This document shows positions 61,012-64,000 of a DNA stretch of 64,000 bases, piece by piece. The stretch is from an uncultured Spirochaetota bacterium (GTDB lineage Bacteria > Spirochaetota > UBA4802 > UBA5550), in contig CAWHAA010000004.1 in NCBI GenBank assembly GCA_963827275.1, forward strand, positions 672,001-736,000, given 5' to 3'. The position numbers and the translations under genes are program-made. Position 1 is the first letter of the stretch. Each line of letters opens with the position of its first letter. The notes beneath the pieces are model-generated. The model was not told where the DNA came from. It was given only the letters and a program-made list of their open reading frames with translations, and did not search any database.

Positions 61012-62235
61012 ATGAAAAAGATCGGGATCACCCTGCTCATATCGCTGATGACCGTCGCGTATTGCCGCTGCTCCAGCGCGCGGGAAGCGGAGATCGCCTT
61101 CACCGGGGACATCATCATGCATATCCCCGTCAAGTCGTGCGCCGTCGCGCACAACCGGACCGCCTCAGAAAAAATGAAATCCCTGAACAACGGCGGCTTC
61201 GACTTTCTCTACTATAAAATACGGGACGACCTGCGGCGCTCGGACATCGCGGTGGGGAACATGGAATTTCCGGTTTCCCCCCCGTTCCGGAGCGTGCCGT
61301 GGATCTTCAACTGCTCCCCGGATGGCATCAGCGCGATGAAGGAGGCGGGCTTTACCATGCTCACCATCGCCAACAATCATATCCTCGACCAGGGAGGGCA
61401 GGGCGTCCTCGACACGATGCGGTTTTTGACCGGGCACAAGATGGACTTTATCGGCGCCGGCGCCACGGAGGCGGCGGCCCGGGCCGGCATAGTGAAGAAG
61501 GTGCGCGGCGTGCGGGTCGGCTTCCTCGGATACACCTGGGTGCTGAATTACAACCTGCCGAAACTCCGGCAGGATTTTCACCTGAACCGGTTCGATGACC
61601 GGGAGGGCCTCCGGCGCGACATCGCGGCAATGCGGAAGCGGTGCGATTACCTGGTCGTGGTGGCCCATGCCGGCGCCGAGTACCTGTCCTCTCCCCGGCA
61701 GGCGGAGCGGGACCTGTACCGCGACTGCGTCGACAGCGGCGCGGACCTGGTCATCGGGCACCACCCGCACATGGTCCAGCAGGCGGAGCGGGTGAAGGCC
61801 GCTGACGGCAGGGACTGCCATGTCTTTTACTCCCTCGGGAACTTCATCTCCAACCAGAGCACGAAGGCCGAGGTGTACCACGGCGGCGCGCCGCTCACCA
61901 CCAGGGACTCGGTGATCGTCCGCTGCCTGCTGAAGCGCGCCGGCAGGGGAAAGCGGCCGGCCGCCAGGTTCGAGGTCGTGCCCGTGTACACGCTCAATTC
62001 CATCGAGCAGGGCACGGGGGCCCGGGTGATCCAGACCGTATCGATACCCGGGGAGATAACCGCCCTGAAATCCAGGATTGCGGGCGCGACGCCACAAGAA
62101 AAGGTTGACATAGAACGACAGTTAAAGAACCTGTACACTAAATCAAAAGCGCTACGGCTGGCCCTTTTCGGAAGCGGAAACGGCCGCGCTATGGATGAAA
62201 TTAAATATCTGGACGACAGTGGGACCTATGAATGA
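61012..62235 (+). CDS. CapA/PGA_cap family metallophosphoesterase
   Basis: TGDI, GNME, ANNHILD, GHHPH, YSLGNF. Confidence 0.88.
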   Translation: MKKIGITLLISLMTVAYCRCSSAREAEIAFTGDIIMHIPVKSCAVAHNRTASEKMKSLNNGGFDFLYYKIRDDLRRSDIAVGNMEFPVSPPFRSVPWIFNCSPDGISAMKEAGFTMLTIANNHILDQGGQGVLDTMRFLTGHKMDFIGAGATEAAARAGIVKKVRGVRVGFLGYTWVLNYNLPKLRQDFHLNRFDDREGLRRDIAAMRKRCDYLVVVAHAGAEYLSSPRQAERDLYRDCVDSGADLVIGHHPHMVQQAERVKAADGRDCHVFYSLGNFISNQSTKAEVYHGGAPLTTRDSVIVRCLLKRAGRGKRPAARFEVVPVYTLNSIEQGTGARVIQTVSIPGEITALKSRIAGATPQEKVDIERQLKNLYTKSKALRLALFGSGNGRAMDEIKYLDDSGTYE

Positions 62236-62602
62236 TAAGATTAAGCTATCGAAACGTACTATCAAGGGGTTTGATATCATTGATATCTCCGGCGACATCT
62301 CGTCGGACGGCTCCAAGGAGATAGTCAAGTTCGTGAAGAAGTCCGTTACCGGCAAGGACAAGGACCTCTATGTGAACCTCGAAGGCGTGCACCACATGAA
62401 CAGCTCCGCGCTGTCGGTCATCGTCCAGATGGTGCGCGACCTGGCGTCGAAGAAGATCAACACCTTTTTCATGAACGTCAACGAGAAGATCATGACCCTG
62501 ATCAAGGTGGCGGGGCTCCATAACTTCTTCAAGTTCGTGAACGACGAGGCCGCCCTTCTCGACAAGATCGAAAAGCTCGACAAGGAAGCGAACAACGCAT
62601 AG
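62228..62602 (+). CDS. STAS-domain anti-anti-sigma factor
   Basis: ISGDI, NLEGVHHMNSSALS. Confidence 0.8.
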   Translation: MNDKIKLSKRTIKGFDIIDISGDISSDGSKEIVKFVKKSVTGKDKDLYVNLEGVHHMNSSALSVIVQMVRDLASKKINTFFMNVNEKIMTLIKVAGLHNFFKFVNDEAALLDKIEKLDKEANNA

Positions 62603-62655
62603 TCGCCGCACCGCGCCCCCGGGCAGAACGCCGGGGACGCGCGACGCGCGCTTCC

Positions 62656-63630
62656 TCAGAGCATGAGCCCGCAGAGCCTGCGGGTCATACCGGTGCCGGG
62701 CGTATCCCCGGCCCCCGCCGGCTCCCTTCCCGAAAGCAGGTAATACGGCAGCAGTTCGCGCACCAGCCGCTCCGGCAGGGCGCCGCGTGTGAGCGCCGCC
62801 GCCTCGTCCGCGATGGCGCCGATTGCCTCGCGGAGCGCGTCTTCCCCCAGTATGATCTCCCCTGTTTCGCTGAACAGCCGCATCTCGCGCGAGAGCACCA
62901 CCGTGAGCCCGCCGCACGCCGCAAATACCTGTATCCCGTTCCCGGCCCCGTCCGATTCAAGCACTTCTATGATCGCTATCCTGTCGCGGGTGATGCCGGT
63001 CTTTTCCGCGAGCATGTTCTTTTCAAGCTCGGCCAGGCCCGTGTCGAGCCGGGAGATGAAGATCTTCGCCCCGGAGAGCGACCCCCCGCCGCCCGGGGCA
63101 GCGTCCGCGCCGCCCGCCTGTTCGCGCGGGTAGGACCTCGCTTCCATGGCGCCGCCGCCCGAGCCGTAAAAGCCGAAGCGCTTGAGGGTAAGGCTCCCGA
63201 AAAAGCCGAGACGCTCGAGGCCGCCGAGAAGGGTCTCCTTCACAAAGGCGGTGGGTGCGGAGAACGGGGAGTGGGTCACGCCGCTGAATTCGATCACCGA
63301 GCGGAAATCGGCGTGGAACAGGGCCGGCAGCAGGAAGAGGAGGAGCTCCACCGCGGACGAGTGCGGCCCGGTGCCGAAATGCGCCCTGCGCGGCGCGATG
63401 GGGCGCGGCTCGTACTGGATTGTCCCCTCTGCGAGGGAGAGCCGGCCCGCGCCCATATCGGACGCGAAGCGCGACAGGTCGTCATAGACGGGGCGGTATT
63501 CGCGGTGCGCGTCAAGGAATTCGGCTGCGCCGCCGATAGTTATCGGTTGGTTTTTAAGTAACGCCAGGGAGAGGGCCTGGCGGATCAGGACCCAGTCCGG
63601 GCCGGGGATGGTAATGGGTGTCATCTCCAT
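62656..63630 (-). CDS. Divergent RNA 3'-terminal phosphate cyclase-like protein
   Basis: IRQALSLALL..QPITI, GVTHSPFSAP, RFGFYGSGGG; catalytic motifs degenerate. Confidence 0.65.
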   Translation of the reverse strand: MEMTPITIPGPDWVLIRQALSLALLKNQPITIGGAAEFLDAHREYRPVYDDLSRFASDMGAGRLSLAEGTIQYEPRPIAPRRAHFGTGPHSSAVELLLFLLPALFHADFRSVIEFSGVTHSPFSAPTAFVKETLLGGLERLGFFGSLTLKRFGFYGSGGGAMEARSYPREQAGGADAAPGGGGSLSGAKIFISRLDTGLAELEKNMLAEKTGITRDRIAIIEVLESDGAGNGIQVFAACGGLTVVLSREMRLFSETGEIILGEDALREAIGAIADEAAALTRGALPERLVRELLPYYLLSGREPAGAGDTPGTGMTRRLCGLML

Positions 63631-63772
63631 GATGGGGTAATTCCTCGCGGTTTCATTCTGCCTAGAGATACGGGGTGTTTATAAAAATGCCAGCATTTTT
63701 TAACTACCCGGGGCCCCGCCCGGCGGGTATATTCTGTTTGACGAAATGCTCGTATTCGCTGAACATTATACC

Positions 63773-64000
63773 ATGAAAAAGCCCCGCGGCACCGCCGACT
63801 TGCAGAGCGTCCCCGGCATCGGTCCGGGCATTGAAAAGGACCTGCGCGATATCGGGATACATGTCATCAATGATTTAAAAGGCAAAAATCCCGAATATTT
63901 ATATGAGAAGCTGTCCACGCTGAGAAAAACCCATATTGACAGATGCGTCTTATATGTGTTCAGATGCGCGGTATATTACGCAAATAATGACAGACATGAT
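63773..64000 (+). CDS. Cdd1/pathogenicity-locus helix-hairpin-helix protein (3' end outside window)
   Basis: Own translation: DLQSVPGIGPGIEKDLRDIGI...PEYLYEKL...DRCVLYVFRCAVYYA. Confidence 0.8.
   Translation, partial: MKKPRGTADLQSVPGIGPGIEKDLRDIGIHVINDLKGKNPEYLYEKLSTLRKTHIDRCVLYVFRCAVYYANNDRHD

Overview
GC-rich bacterial chromosomal window. Gene content and synteny (TPR-mreBCD-mrdA-rodA, several SpoIIE phosphatases, many lipoproteins) suggest an uncultured spirochaete related to Leptospirales; this is an inference. Housekeeping content includes the 3' end of rimO, pgsA-pgpA, eda, mreBCD-mrdA-rodA plus a VanY-type peptidase, msrBA, carB, ribA, rlmI, murI, a CapA-family protein and an ECF-type Ni(Co) transporter with a NikR-like operator. 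I saw no rRNA, tRNA, CRISPR array, integrase or intact transposase. The most unusual signal is non-coding. A near-palindromic motif A (ACCGATAACTATC, 15 copies) travels with a second motif B (GGKGTCAGAGYAA). Together they form an inverted pair of composite elements bracketing about 4.5 kb (36406-40960), a 9-copy ~22-bp tandem array and a 3x46-bp array. Motif A also lies inside a promoter- and terminator-delimited candidate sRNA (36955-37100, minus strand). Other notable items are an AT-rich DUF559 nuclease relic between inverted repeats inside the nik operon, an MgtE_N-CorA fusion, a degenerate RtcA, a sigma-28-driven FlgM-like orphan and three genes split by single frameshifts. All product calls come from motif recognition by eye, not database searches.
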